NCBI GenBank assembly: GCA_040437565.1
Contig: JBDOQK010000036.1
Location: 62,001 to 126,000 of the forward strand
Source: Albugo candida
Lineage: Eukaryota
Reading direction: 5' to 3'
Length of the DNA stretch: 64,000 bases
Shown: piece after piece, positions 1 through 13,421 of the stretch
Position numbering within the stretch: the stretch's first letter is position 1
How the letters are laid out: each line of letters starts with the position of its first letter
Position numbers and translations under genes: made by a program
Notes under the pieces: model-generated
Told to the model about the DNA's origin: nothing
The model's database searches: none
The model's input: only the letters and a program-made list of their open reading frames with translations

Positions 1-695
<695 letters not shown>

Positions 696-936
696 TTTTC
701 GATCTCTCAAGACTTTTGAAATTAAAGGATCGAAGGGGGAAAATGTCGAGACAAAAGAGTGGTCAATAAGAGTTTCAGGTTTGACCCAGAAATAAACCCA
801 ACACTGAGCGGTTATTGTGGTGCAATTATAATTATGTATACAAATGCATCAATGGTTCGGGCCGGCCTTATTTCTAAAAATGAAATATGAATGGGCTAAA
901 CTAGATCGCAGGCTCTTTACCAGCCTTTGACGTTGT

Positions 937-2717
937 CTACCGATTCGAAAAACGCCGCTCTAATGCGAGCCATTGTTGCTTTCTTTGTTCTGCAGATTGT
1001 ATTCGTCTTCCTTCCCGTTCCATTAATTGGGCGGAACATTGATCGAACAACTGTGAGTCCATCTCCATAAATAGTTTCAACACATTATACGTAAGTGTTT
1101 GGACTGTGCTACAAAAAGTGGAAAGTTTGGATAAAGTATTTCCGAAGCAGAGTATAGAATCCTTACGTGTGCCAGTGGTTCTCACAATTATGATACAACG
1201 CACCAAATATTAAAGGAAGTACTTCGGCACGACGAGCACTAACAAGTCGAACCAGCGCTTCATTATTCCATAAATACAAAGCACGTTGTGAGACTTGAAA
1301 ATGGTTGCTGCATATCGCTTGAGCTAATCGCAAAAAAAGTGGTCGCAACACCTATGCAAACAGCGCGTGGTGAATGGACGAAACGATGGTCTTGTGGCTC
1401 TTACAGCTGCAAATTGCTCCATCTGAATCAGCTCAAAAATTTCTTCAACTTCATTCAGGAAAAGAATCTATAGAATATTTGTAAGCACAAGAAATAAGAC
1501 GATTCGTAGCAAGCACAAAGAACGACCTCCTTGGTGCTGGCGGTGACAGGCCAATACTTGAGCAAGCCGGATATGATCAATTCGGCAGTTTTAGGATCCT
1601 TCTCCACAAATTGTGTGGTGCAATAAGCAAGTTGCTGATGGAAGAATGCAAGGCTTCCGACCTGAGATGAGTGTTTGTATAGTGACGTTCTCTGATTGCG
1701 CACGTGGACGTACCTTGTGAAGAGGGATAAGAGCATGCTCGAGAAAGTTTTGGTGTTCTAGCTTCAATGGAAGCGCAAATCCATTTATTATACTACAACA
1801 CGCTCATGAAGCATCAAGATTGTTAAATTAGACAAATACGCAATACCTTCCAAGAATTTCTAATAGTTCCCCAACGCCCTGAAGTGATTCTGTTTCGTAA
1901 ATAAATGTATAAAACATATCGTTGATCGAGTGACGAATGAATGCTCGCAATGCCATTGATTTCCCGTAAATGCGATGCAGTATCGTCTATGCGTACAGAT
2001 GAAGTATTTGATAAAGGTATTTGATAAAGGAATTTAGCGAAAATGGTCGAATACTTTGAGATAGTCTCGCTCGCGAGGATCTTCCGAGTCGAACAAATTC
2101 AGGAGTTTGATCATAAAACTCCGACTAAAGTACTCTTTTGCTGTCTTGGAATCGACTTCTTTGGAAAGTACAAATCGCAAAAGGATCTCGTACACTAATT
2201 GCAAATGCGGCCAGGAGGGCTCCAAAATCGGCTCATCTTCATCTGGAGCTACAAAAGTAACATAACGCTAGAGTAAATGTTATGCTCTATAACTTGAACG
2301 AAACAAACCTTCTGCTTTTCCTTCCTCATTGATTACTTTTTGTGGTGTCTGACGTCCTAAGAGTCTGAAAATGTTTGCGGAAATACAATCTAACAGCTCC
2401 ATCACAAGTTTGTGGTCCCAAACAGCTTTTCCAGAAGAGATGAATTCGACGATTTGAAGTAGCGCATTCCGTTTCGCTTCTTTCTCTCTCACATGCTTTC
2501 TCGGATCCGTGAAATCGTGCACTACTCCACACAGTTTTAATTTCTGACGAAAAAGTCGCATACGCTCGCTCGGTGGTACATCGTCCAAATCTGGAAGCTC
2601 CGATAATCGAGCACCACTGAACACACTATGCCCATTGGAATAAAGCATGTGGTTTGGAGCAGTAGTGCTTGTCATTGACGACTTTTTGTACTTTCGAGTA
2701 GGATCACAAAATGCCAA
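937..2717 (-). CDS. Protein phosphatase 2A regulatory subunit B' (B56 family), multi-exon
   Basis: B56 motifs in successive exons: [85 protein letters not shown]. Confidence 0.95.
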
Positions 2718-3015
2718 TCAGTGAAGCACAATCACACCGTCAAGCTTGCTCTAAATTATGTTGCGAATTTATATTGTTTGAGATGTATCGTGGCGAAAGA
2801 ATGACGGATTTATTGTCCGAATAGAATGCAAAATACACACTTTGTTGCTAATGCGCAGCGAAGCGAATTCGGAAGCAGTTCTACCGGAGTCGAAATAGTG
2901 ATCACATTCCATGAATCCAGGACTAATTTGCATTATTAAAGTTAGACACATCAAATCGGGATTGCTATATTCCTGACTTTTTGGATTCTATGACACATTT
3001 CGCATAGTATCTCTT

Positions 3016-4248
3016 TCAGCGCTGAAAAAAGAATCGCGAAATTGAATGCATGTTTACGTCTTTAAGGGAATTGATTGTTCCATTGAGGATCATAAAAGAC
3101 CCAACGATTTGTGTTGTACGAATAGCCAAACCACGCGGTAGAATCAATGCTAATGCAGCTGCTGCCATAAAACGGGAGCGTGGCGAGATCGTATTGGGTA
3201 CACGCGATTCCGAGTGTCGGATAAAGTCTTCCATGTGAGCGATGTAGGACTTTTGCGGATTCATCAATTTGAGTGTCGATAGATTGTGCGGCACATGAGA
3301 GAAGTACCCGGCAACTACACCCGACATCATGCTGCCCAGAGCGTTGTTCAAAGCCGGGCTCGAAGTAACTGCCAGCCGTTCTTCGAAATAATCTGACAGC
3401 TGATTTAATCCGACACCAAACATGATCTCACGTAACCCACGTGGAATCAAACCACGCATCCATCGAGTGTAGAGAGGCTCTGGATTCATGTGCCCAGCAT
3501 TAAAAGCTTCTAGTAATCCACTAACCGGAGTCATAATGATTCCGGGTGCAATTGCTTCACCAAGTCGTACAAGCTCTGGATTTTCAAAATCATCGACGTC
3601 CACATATGTCTCCATTCCATGACGGATACCTTTGAAACCATTAATATAGACAACTCGTGTTGGTATCTGCATGCCCATATTCGGAAAGAGTGATGTTACA
3701 GGCTGGCCGGTGAGACGGGCATTCAGAAGCGAGTTCATCGCACTGCGATAAAAGCTTTCTACCGAGGCTGCAATCGACGTGACAAAGTAAGGTGTTGGTT
3801 TTGCGTGCTGTTCAAACAAAGGTGTTTGCAAAAGGGCAGCCTGCCGTCGTATTTCCTTTCCTAGACTCTGAATGATCTCTTTTGCTGCTGTTGGCTCACA
3901 TATAACAGCATCCAAATCATTCGCTGCAACAGCATATCCTTCCACTGGAGTAAGACATCGACATGTCACGCCAGACGGGTCTTGAAGAAGCGCATGATTT
4001 GCTCCGATCGCGTTTCCTACCGATATGATTCCTAAAAGATGTATCTGCCCGTCGATATCTTTACAGCTTTCGACTCGACCTTTTGACACAATCATCAGCT
4101 CTTTTTGTGGCTCGCCTTGATGGTACACGACTTGTCCTTTCTTGTACTTGACCTCTTTGGCAAGACCGCAAATCTTACGTAATGTCGCTTCCGTACAAAG
4201 TGAGAAGATTCCGCAGGTTGCAGCGTGACGAATACACTCTTCAGACAT
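3016..4248 (-). CDS. Cyclic-nucleotide-binding domain fused to a degenerate mitochondrial-carrier-like C-terminal region (410 aa, intronless)
   Basis: N-terminal CAP/cNMP fold (IFSLC...YKKGQVVYHQGEPQKELMIVSKGRV...GNAIG). The C-terminal ~260 aa has three hydrophobic pseudo-repeats with SLC25-like segments (MTPV, WMRGLIPRGLREIMFG, GVVAGYFSHVP, PRGLAIR). The ORF is solid; the carrier assignment is inference. Confidence 0.7.
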   Translation of the reverse strand: MSEECIRHAATCGIFSLCTEATLRKICGLAKEVKYKKGQVVYHQGEPQKELMIVSKGRVESCKDIDGQIHLLGIISVGNAIGANHALLQDPSGVTCRCLTPVEGYAVAANDLDAVICEPTAAKEIIQSLGKEIRRQAALLQTPLFEQHAKPTPYFVTSIAASVESFYRSAMNSLLNARLTGQPVTSLFPNMGMQIPTRVVYINGFKGIRHGMETYVDVDDFENPELVRLGEAIAPGIIMTPVSGLLEAFNAGHMNPEPLYTRWMRGLIPRGLREIMFGVGLNQLSDYFEERLAVTSSPALNNALGSMMSGVVAGYFSHVPHNLSTLKLMNPQKSYIAHMEDFIRHSESRVPNTISPRSRFMAAAALALILPRGLAIRTTQIVGSFMILNGTINSLKDVNMHSISRFFFQR

Positions 4249-4467
4249 TTGTTAGTATCAACTCTGTGACCGGAAGACAGTGCGCGATGAATAAGAAAGA
4301 ATTACTGTCGCAAATGGCAGCGAAGGATTATTGTGTTATCAGCGTGTCTCAAAAAACAGAGTGCAAAAACGCAATCAGTAAAATGCGCGCGATATTGCTT
4401 ATTTGTCGCCCTCAAAGCAGTAGCAGAGGGACTTGTATTCAACACGTACACGGTGCTACTCCCATCT

Positions 4468-7400
4468 TCACATATTTTTTGTCATTTTGCCGGGTTGATG
4501 CTGTGCAGCAAGTTGCCGCGGGCTTAATATTTGTGTACGTCCCGCTCTATTGATACCAACAGGTTTTCGCTGAATTGTCTTTCTTTTGTAATCTCTCAAT
4601 GTGGACATTTCCTCCAGACAGCCGCTTCCTGGGCTCTGTATTGAAGGAAGAATGAAATCCGCATGCTGATAGCTCGGCAAAAAATCCGATTGTGCATCCG
4701 CTTCTGTATCGTCCGTCCCTACTGAAGCATCTTTTTTCAACTTGTTGATGTCTTTCTTCTGCTCGTTCTGCATTTTCATGTGTTCGATGATGGAAATGGC
4801 ATCTTTCTCCATTCGGCGCTCTCGATCCTCATAATCCGCTGAAAATTTCCATTCTCGACGAACGAGATCGAAAACGCCTTGCATGAGCACACCTAAGCAA
4901 TCTCCTTCCAACGACCATATCTTCACATGTCGATCAAACGATCCAGAAAGGATTTTCGTTCTATTGTGAAACAGCTGGATTGAATATATAATATCGTCGT
5001 GAGCTTTCCATCGATTTTGTAAACGCATCAATTTGCTATCTGTAATCAGCGAGTATCCATCTGGTAAATAAAATGACTCGCGTGGATCGCGTTTCTGAAA
5101 ACTTTTCCACTCCAAAGTCTTCTTCATTGTTCGCATTGCACCATCGACATTTGTTTGAAGTTTACGGCGCGGATTCGTGCATTTGTGCGGTGTTTGGAGT
5201 TTTTTGATGTCGAAATTATTTTCCAATTTGGTAAGAACAGAGCGCAAGTCCCAAACACTCAGGAAACCAGTATCGTCTCCACTCGCCAATAGATAAGGAT
5301 CAGAAATACGTCTTTGATCTTCGGAATTTGGAGTGCTGTCGATCGCCACACATCGAATTGCGTTGACATTTTTCGACTTTATGCTGGAATGATTTTGGAT
5401 ACGATATACGCATTTTCCTTTAAAGGCAGACGGCCGGGTAGCCCAAAAACAAATATTACCATCGCCATCTGTCGCGAGCAAAAGTGGATATGGATCGATG
5501 AATAGCAGCGATAGGATTCCACTGACGTGTCCGATGCAGGTTTGATCGAGCTGCCCAAATTCAAATGTCCATAACTGCAAAGATGCGTCCGAGGATCCCG
5601 ATGCAATCATTGAAAGATGACGAGAAAATGTCAAAGCAGAAATGTCGACAGTATGCCCACCACACAGCTGCCGAAGTAAGAGACCTTGTTCTGAATCGCT
5701 CTCATCATGAATGTGGATTGAGCAATCCCATGAAGCGCTTATGACCATCATATGATCAGGACAGTAGCAGAGACAAGATACCTCTAATCTATGGGCTTTA
5801 TTATCCATTTCTCCGTATTCGAAACTCTTCATGTGTGATCCATTCAAGTAATTCAACGCCTCGATTCGACCATCTACACAGAATAATGACAGTTGTGGGG
5901 CTTATCGGACGACTTAAGGTCTACCGTGATTGCCAACAAGTATTTTCCTTTGACGAGCATCCAAACACACACTCGTCACGTCAGCTTGACTCACGTTTCT
6001 ACACCGCCAACGTAAATCTCGTCATCAAGCTTTCAAGGACATTCAGCAGAATCGTATAGAGATACCGATAAACACGAACAATTCGACCTGACTGAGCGTC
6101 CCAAATTTTGATATCACGTCCCGCTGCCGTAAGAAATGAAAGCGATGTGGAGTTGTACAAAGCACAAATTATTGGATGATCGTCCGTCAGTTTTGGATGC
6201 TCCAGCTTAGCATAATCGAATCGAACCAGCTACGAGCAGCCAAAATCATTTCGTAACGCAATGATCCGGTTGTAGACGTCAATACCTTTTTTCCACCAGC
6301 AACAATCTGCTTCTTGGGCGTGATCATCGCGATTTCGTTGATGGCGCCAATGCTTTCAGCTGTGAATGTTTGTACACATCCAAAGTTTCGTACATCCCAA
6401 ACTTTGAAGATTCCGTCAACATCCGCGGTGATCATTTTCGGCGTATTTTCCACCATTTCGACGCCACATAAACTGTTGTTGTGTCCATGTAGGCGAGATA
6501 TTAATTGCTTTACGTATGGATTCCATACAAATACGTCAAAGTCAAATCCTGCTGACATAAGAACGCGATATTCTGCCGAGTAAGCCAGTGATCGTACTCC
6601 TTTCTTATGTCCCTGCAGTATCTGCCGTATTTTTCCCGTATTGACATCCCAAAGACGAATACTTCGATCCATACTCGCAGACGCAAGTGATTCCAGCGTC
6701 GGAATCTATACAAGACGAACTGCATTTATTCTGCCAAAAATGTCAAAATCAAGCTATACATTCAAGAGGTCGAGAACGGCATCATCATGAGAGCGTGCGA
6801 GTGCCCTTCCATTCTTCTCTCCTCCCATTCGATATTTTTCCTCCATAGTGTCAGTGTCCCAAGCATACACAATGCCAGAAGCTCCCTAATATGTCATGGT
6901 TCATGAATATTCAAATAGATCTCAGGATCAGACGTAGTGCTTACAGCTGAATACATTGTATCAGAGTCTGGATAACATTGTAAACAATTTTGTGATGTTG
7001 AGATATGGTAGCCTTTGACGAGGCGAAGGGATGTGTCGTCATAAAAGCGGATTTGCAAATCGGATGAAGAAATCGCGTATTGCTGAGCCTGCAGATCGTA
7101 TTGGTGATCGATTATTCTAGCACAGCACTCTTGACACATACACGAGGAAGATGCTCCGCGCAAAGGATAAATTCATGCGGGCTTTTTATCGTCGCCTGAA
7201 GCTCACATTGAGTATCGTACAGCTTTAAAATCGGACTTGCGCTTTCGGTGATTGCGATGACATTCTTGGATGGAAAGTAATAAAGCTATCCGATGAAGAA
7301 ATGCTCAAGTCTTACACGAAGAGATCAACACTTGATTCAAGACAAAGCTGCTGACATGCTCAATCGACGTGTTATGCTTGGAAGACTCTTCTTTCGGTAC

Positions 7401-7964
7401 GTGATAGTAATGATGAAGCGAATCAAATTGCTGATTTTTTGACATTAGACCTGTTTCAACAATAAACGATGTGAATTCTTTCCACTCTAAAGTGCCATCG
7501 CCGTTGATGTCAATTTGTGCGAACAAGTCACATAAATTTGCGATTAATTCTGGTTCACTCAGCATTTTCAGTCTGATTTTTCTATCGGACGCGGATAGAG
7601 CCTGCACAAAGTCCACCATGACTTGAACAAATTCAACAAGTGTCAATCCTTTTTTCTTCTTATCGAATTCCTTTTGGAGTATTGAGATCTATGATACATA
7701 TAGGACATATCGCAATTCTACAGTGTCTCTTGTGAGCGAATTCAGACCTTTTGCATATCCAAAAGCATCATAACGTCCATCGTGAAGCCCTTCTCGGGAT
7801 CGTGGGCATATGTGAGATTCGTTATGGGATTTCTATAGACCGATAGTGAGTGAATCTCTGACGGAGTGACATCAACGCGATATAAACAACTCCTTCATTT
7901 CGTTGACTTGAGTCAGGGCGAATGACGCTGCAGTCGAATCTGGCGACGTGTCATCCGATTGCAT
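4468..7964 (-). CDS. EF-hand plus WD40-repeat protein (WDR49/EFCAB8-like), multi-exon
   Basis: EF-hand LFAQIDINGDGTLEWKEF at ~7470-7530, followed by many WD repeats (SMDRSIRLWD, GHKKGV, SASWD, GHTVDI, SGSFDRHVKIW). The 5' exon and start codon are uncertain. Confidence 0.85.
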
Positions 7965-8432
7965 GCTCGTGTCTATTTATCTATTTTAGACAGAAATTCA
8001 GAGAATAACTTTTATCAAGTCGAGTGTGACTTTATGGACGTGAAATATTAACTTGCACCGATACACAGACTGATCGATTACGAATGCAGCGGATACTGTG
8101 TGAAGTAGTAAGCGGTCATAGATAAGAATCAGTCAAGCGCCCATGATTGGAGCTTTCTTGCGTACTCGACAAGCGAGAGAAATGCTACTTGTTACGCTAT
8201 ACATTTGCCGGTTTGATGGAAGATATCTTTCGTTTTTGTGCAGGATTACGTTCTGAAGCTGTCATGCTATACTATAAGTTTGATCGTAGTACCTTAAATG
8301 CACAGTGAGATGGCTTTAGTTTTCATAAGTGCTTCGCCGTCGGAAACTTCGAGAAGGAAAATAGGCCTTTATACAATGATTCCCTCTTTAAAGGAATAGC
8401 CGGAATTGAGTTCTCAGGTGAAACAGCTAATC

Positions 8433-10729
8433 ATGCTTGCAATGCAAGAATTTGATTCAGAAGCTTCTCTCTGCACTCAGGTACACACCGATACCCAACC
8501 TCCAGAATACATGGAAATGGTGGAGAGCTCCGGAACCGTAACAAATGACGCTGAAAATATGCAACAACGTAGTGAGACAACGATGATGGCAATTGAAGAC
8601 CATGAAGATGATAACAATGTCGATGTGCAGATAAAGTTCCTGGGAGATGATCGCTTGTCACTGCAATGTAAATCCGATATACATATATCCGCACTCAAAG
8701 AACGTGTTTTGGAAGCGAAATCCATGCAAGAAGAAGCTTCCGACAATATGTACGATGAATCAAGAAGAAGTGCGCCATTACGACTTATTTACAAAGGAAG
8801 AGTTCTGAAAAATGATCAACTCCTGCAATCTTATAATTTCAATTCTGGTGATACTATTCACGCAGTCTTCGGACTGCCCAATCGGAACACGGCTGGAAAT
8901 GCTCAAGACGCAGAAAATACGAATTCTGCACCCCAAAACGAGCCAGCAAGTGAGAGCACCGCGCCAAATCCCAACGCTAATGGAAACGGTCAAAACGCAT
9001 TCTTCCAGAGCTTTGGAGATGGCGTAATGATGGGACAAATTGATATTGGGGCAAATGAAGGGAGCACCATGCCGGAGTGGAATACACTATTCGGATCTAT
9101 ACTCTCAGGTTTACAAAACGCGAGTGGAAACGGTCCAACCGTAGCGAATATCAGGCTTTTTACCGATGGTGCAAATGATATGATGAACGGTATCATGATG
9201 AATGAAGGAGGATCGGCTCTGGATACGAGTACAAACCAACAGACACAAGGTAATTCCGCTGAGGCTGCACACACGGTAGAAGCGAGCGGTACAACGGAAA
9301 CAACGCAATCCGATAGAAGTAATCCGGGCGGTCAGAATGTTAATGATTCGGATCAGGGAACCCAAACTCCATCATTGGAATCTCGAGCCGCTTCTGTGTT
9401 GAATCAAGCGGCTAGTATTCGACGATCTATTCCACCGCTAGAACTCAACCCGTTGACCCGTCCAGCGGAATTGTCGTCGGAATTGTACACGATGGGCAAT
9501 GCTTTTCGAGAGGCTGGCGATACCTTTCTTGCGATTCATCGGCAGCTTCAATTTCTTTCAGCTCGTTTCTTACAAGCACATCGTTTGACGGTGAATGAGC
9601 AAACTCGTCTGCACAATAGAGTGCAACGATTGATTCCATCTTTACGCGGCGTTCAGTCACTCGCTGGTGGCTTGGCGACAACACTCGAAAGCAGTCCGTT
9701 TAATACTTCGACAACGCAGCCTGAAGCGCGCTCAAGTACTGGTGGTGATGGCGCTCATGCACAAGGTGTTGTGTCCATAAGACTTCGACCTGTTACGAAT
9801 GTAGTGGGACAGGATCAAGCTGGAGCCCAGGTTTTACAAGGAAACGAAGACAATGCGATGGTACGTTTCATGACAGCAATGCTTTCAGGTGCGGTTCAAA
9901 ATGCACAGTCGAGTACGCCTGCTACTGCGTCAGAAAGCACTCAATCGGAAGCAGCGCCTCCTAATACTTCACTGGCCTCCGAAACAACAGCCAACACCAC
10001 TGAATTGGATGAGCACAGCGAGACTTCTCCACCAGATACGGATGATATATTGAGTGATTCTTTGAATGCTGTGGCCGATCGGGTACATCATATTACTGAG
10101 AATCAAGAGTTATCATCCAAGGAAGTGTTTGCAAGCGTCTATGAGGTTTTGTCGGATGCACTAAAGAAGCATTCGTCAAGCAACGTACGCTCGTAAAATT
10201 GCATTGCCACATCGAAATTTACAATTTGTTGTAGGAAAGCATTTGTACCGAGTTACAAAGTCGAATTCTCCTGGCTTTGGTACGTACGCATTTACGTTCA
10301 GCATGTGCCTTCGTCTAAACTCCGATCACTAGCAACAAGCGTCCGCGCAGCAAAGTTTTCCCAATCTCGCATCCGACTCGCTATTTCTCGGGCTTTTGCA
10401 CACAACGGTACAGCATCTGCTTCACATATGTGTGCAGCGAGATGGGCAAACTTCCGTTGACGCATTCCGGTACCTTTGTATTGATTTCTTGTTGTGACAT
10501 ACTCATTGACCGATTCCGTAGACAAACGTGCCAACACCTTTGCGGTACCATCTTTTGGCATTTTCTGAACGCCAACGATCAAAACATTGCTCCAGTGAAA
10601 GGAACAGCCGATATCATTGTGCAAATAGTGCTCTCTATAACTTCATCTGCCTCTCTGCAGCGATTCGGCGAAAAACTGCACAATTGGATCGTTCTTTATT
10701 TGGATGCGATGATGGCGATAGCGCGTTAG
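8433..10729 (+). CDS. Ubiquitin-like domain protein, BAG6/BAT3-like
   Basis: UBL domain (VQIKFL...ISALKERV...LRLIYKGRVLKNDQLLQSY...GDTIHAV), then low-complexity and helical segments. Long exon to ~10184, then short exons ending at TAG 10729. Start may be ATG 8433 or 8511. Confidence 0.75.
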
Positions 10730-10770
10730 ATAAAGTCTTAGAATTTGCTATACATTTTGATCTGATTGTA

Positions 10771-11024
10771 TTAAAGTAACGTATCGGGTGATTGAGTCGG
10801 TAAAAGACCGAATCGCTTCTTGCAAATAATGCGCTCCTTTGAAAATTTATCGTCAGGTGAGAAACGTGCGGGATGTGCGGATTGTGTTGGTGTTCCTTGC
10901 ACGTCCATTTTCTATGAATCACAAAGCGATTAAATAAATAGACCGGGCAAAGAGCAAACAGGTACGGTACCTGAAGCGTGTAAACGCGCTTTCCATCGCT
11001 GCCAATGTAATACATGAGATGCAT
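10771..11024 (-). CDS. NOP10: H/ACA snoRNP subunit NOP10 (64 aa, 2 exons)
   Basis: Exon 1 11024-10971 [22 protein letters not shown] intron 10970-10912; exon 2 10911-10771 [40 protein letters not shown]. Confidence 0.96.
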
Positions 11025-11321
11025 TCTTCTTTTTAACTAGGAAACCCCTTTGTGCGATATAATCGATGAATAAAAACAATGGTTTTATGAAGGATATGAA
11101 AAAACAAGTCACTGGTTCNNNNNNNNNNNNNNNNNNNNNNNNNNNNNNNNNNNNNNNNNNNNNNNNNNNNNNNNNNNNNNNNNNNNNNNNNNNNNNNNNN
11201 NNNNNNNNNNNNNNNNNNATGAAAAAACAAGTCACTGGTTCGCAAAAGATTACCTCGCTTAAATACGATTCTACGATCAAGGAAGAAAGTATCTAAATAC
11301 TGCTTCTCCCTTTACTACTGT

Positions 11322-11348
11322 GCTCATTCCCGCGCAAATACCATTTTT
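11322..11348 (+). promoter_or_regulatory. Oomycete-type core promoter (INR, with FPR-like CATTTT) upstream of Ran, in the short divergent NOP10/Ran intergenic region
   Basis: GCTCATTCC at 11322 matches the oomycete INR (GCTCATTYY). It is followed by CCATTTTT and lies 55 bp before the inferred ATG. Confidence 0.5.
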
Positions 11349-11376
11349 ACAGAGCTAATTACTTTGGACGACAGCT

Positions 11377-12524
11377 ATGGTGCGTATAGCTTACGATTTT
11401 GAAAAAGAAAAAGAGCTTAGTGCTCATTAAAACCATCGCAATTGAGATACTTACAATATCTCTTCCGAATTTTAGGCGCAACAAATGCCCGAATTCAAAC
11501 TTATTCTTGTTGGGGACGGAGGCGTTGGTAAAACCACTTTTGTCAAACGTCATTTGACTGGAGAGTTTGAGAAAAAATACGTTGGTTCGTTGTCAATGCA
11601 GANNNNNNNNNNNNNNNNNNNNNNNNNNNNNNNNNNNNNNNNNNNNNNNNNNNNNNNNNNNNNNNNNNNNNNNNNNNNNNNNNNNNNNNNNNNNNNNNNN
11701 NNGAGCTTAGTGCTCATTAAAACCATCGCAATTGAGATACTTACAATATCTCTTCCGAATTTTAGGCGCAACAAATGCCCGAATTCAAACTTATTCTTGT
11801 TGGGGACGGAGGCGTTGGTAAAACCACTTTTGTCAAACGTCATTTGACTGGAGAGTTTGAGAAAAAATACGTTGGTTCGTTGTCAATGCAGAGTATTCAT
11901 TCTGCCTGAATTCTGATCCGTTTCGTCTCATTTACAGCAACATTGGGCGTGGAAGTACACCCTCTGGTGTTTCACACCAATTTCGGACCCATTCGATTTA
12001 ATTGCTGGGACACTGCAGGACAAGAAAAGTTTGGTGGACTGCGTGATGGTTACTACATTCAAGGTCAATGTGCTATCATCATGTTCGATGTGACGTCCCG
12101 AATCACATACAAAAATGTTCCAAATTGGTATCGTGATCTCGTCCGAGTCTGCGAAAACATTCCGATTGTGTTGTGTGGCAACAAAGTCGAAGTAAAAGAT
12201 CGTAAAGTGAAAGCCAAGCAGATCACATTCCACCGGAAAAAGAATTTACAATATTACGATTGTTCCGCAAAGTCAAACTATCAGTTTGAAAAACCGTTTT
12301 TGTGGCTTGCCCGGAAGCTCGTCGGGTAAGTGAAACCAAGTGAGATATTTACTATAGACTCACATGACTCTTTGAGCAGTGATAACAACTTGACGTTTGT
12401 TGAGGCTCCTGCGCTAGCACCACCTGAAGTGACCATCACACAAGAACAAATCAACCAGATTGAGGCAGACAATCGTGCAGCCGCGCTACAACTGCCGCTT
12501 CCAGATGAAGATGAAGATCTTTGA
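11377..12524 (+). CDS. RAN: Ran GTPase (one gene; exon 2 appears twice because of the gap overlap)
   Basis: [56 protein letters not shown] and the C-terminal acidic tail [12 protein letters not shown] introns give an open frame. Confidence 0.98.
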
Positions 12525-12751
12525 TTACTCGTTTGATATTTTACAATCTGAAAGACGCAGACAATCATTTTTGTCTGGATTAGATTTATATATCAATCTC
12601 TTGCTATTTCGTTACGACGCTGTTCACTTTTGCGTCTCAGATTGTACCAGAATATTCTTTGCACAAGCGCGCAGACTTTGCACCTGTACCACGTGGATCG
12701 TGAATCTCTTGATGCCCTTGGCTCGGATTATCTGAAAGATGTAATCTGTTC

Positions 12752-13156
12752 TTACTCTTCATCAACTGGAAAAGACAAAAGTCTTTTGTTATCAAGTTTC
12801 GGAATGTTTGCCTGTGGCCGTGTAAGACATTTTTTGTTAGAAGATGGCTTCTTTCGCTTACGTGTGCATTCACTTTGCGTGCTATCTCTCTTTTCGGTAT
12901 CAGCTCGAACAAACTCCTCGATCGCCGCCTTTTGTACCTCATCAAGCTCATCATCCTCTTCCTCGGTCGTTGCGACTGCAAACTTTGCCATTATAGCTGG
13001 TGGTGCCTGAAATTCCTGGAGAAATTTCGGAATGACACGATTAAACTTCAGACTGCTATCTCTCGATTTCGACCCTTTTTTATACGATTGATCGTCTCCT
13101 TCTTTCCCTCCCATGCCACGAAAGCTCCCATCTTGACGCCACAGATCATCTTCCAT
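12752..13156 (-). CDS. KIAA1143/DUF4604-like small charged protein
   Basis: 134 aa ORF with an LKFNRVIPKFLQ segment and a C-terminal KRLLSFPVDEE motif, as recalled for this family. Confidence 0.6.
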   Translation of the reverse strand: MEDDLWRQDGSFRGMGGKEGDDQSYKKGSKSRDSSLKFNRVIPKFLQEFQAPPAIMAKFAVATTEEEDDELDEVQKAAIEEFVRADTEKRDSTQSECTRKRKKPSSNKKCLTRPQANIPKLDNKRLLSFPVDEE

Positions 13157-13421
13157 CGTCCACTACTATAGTGTGTGGCAACACTATTCCCATGCCGCAC
13201 ACATTTGTCAGCTATCTACATGCACATCGCTACAAGCTCTTGTTCACCGCTCAAGGCATAGCCACATGCTTCATCATCCACCATCGAATCAATCACGATA
13301 TCCCCGACGCGCGTATATCACAGGCTCACGAACCTCCATGCGAAGAGAACGCAACTTCAGCCGAAATCCGCTGAACAAGAACTCAAGTCTATGACTATAA
13401 TACAATTTGTGACCTCTTTGA

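Noticed and set aside
10528-10779. Coding overlap between the UBL gene and NOP10
   Set aside because: The splice-consistent frame of the UBL gene ends at 10729; the ORF reaching 10779 is an alternative frame.
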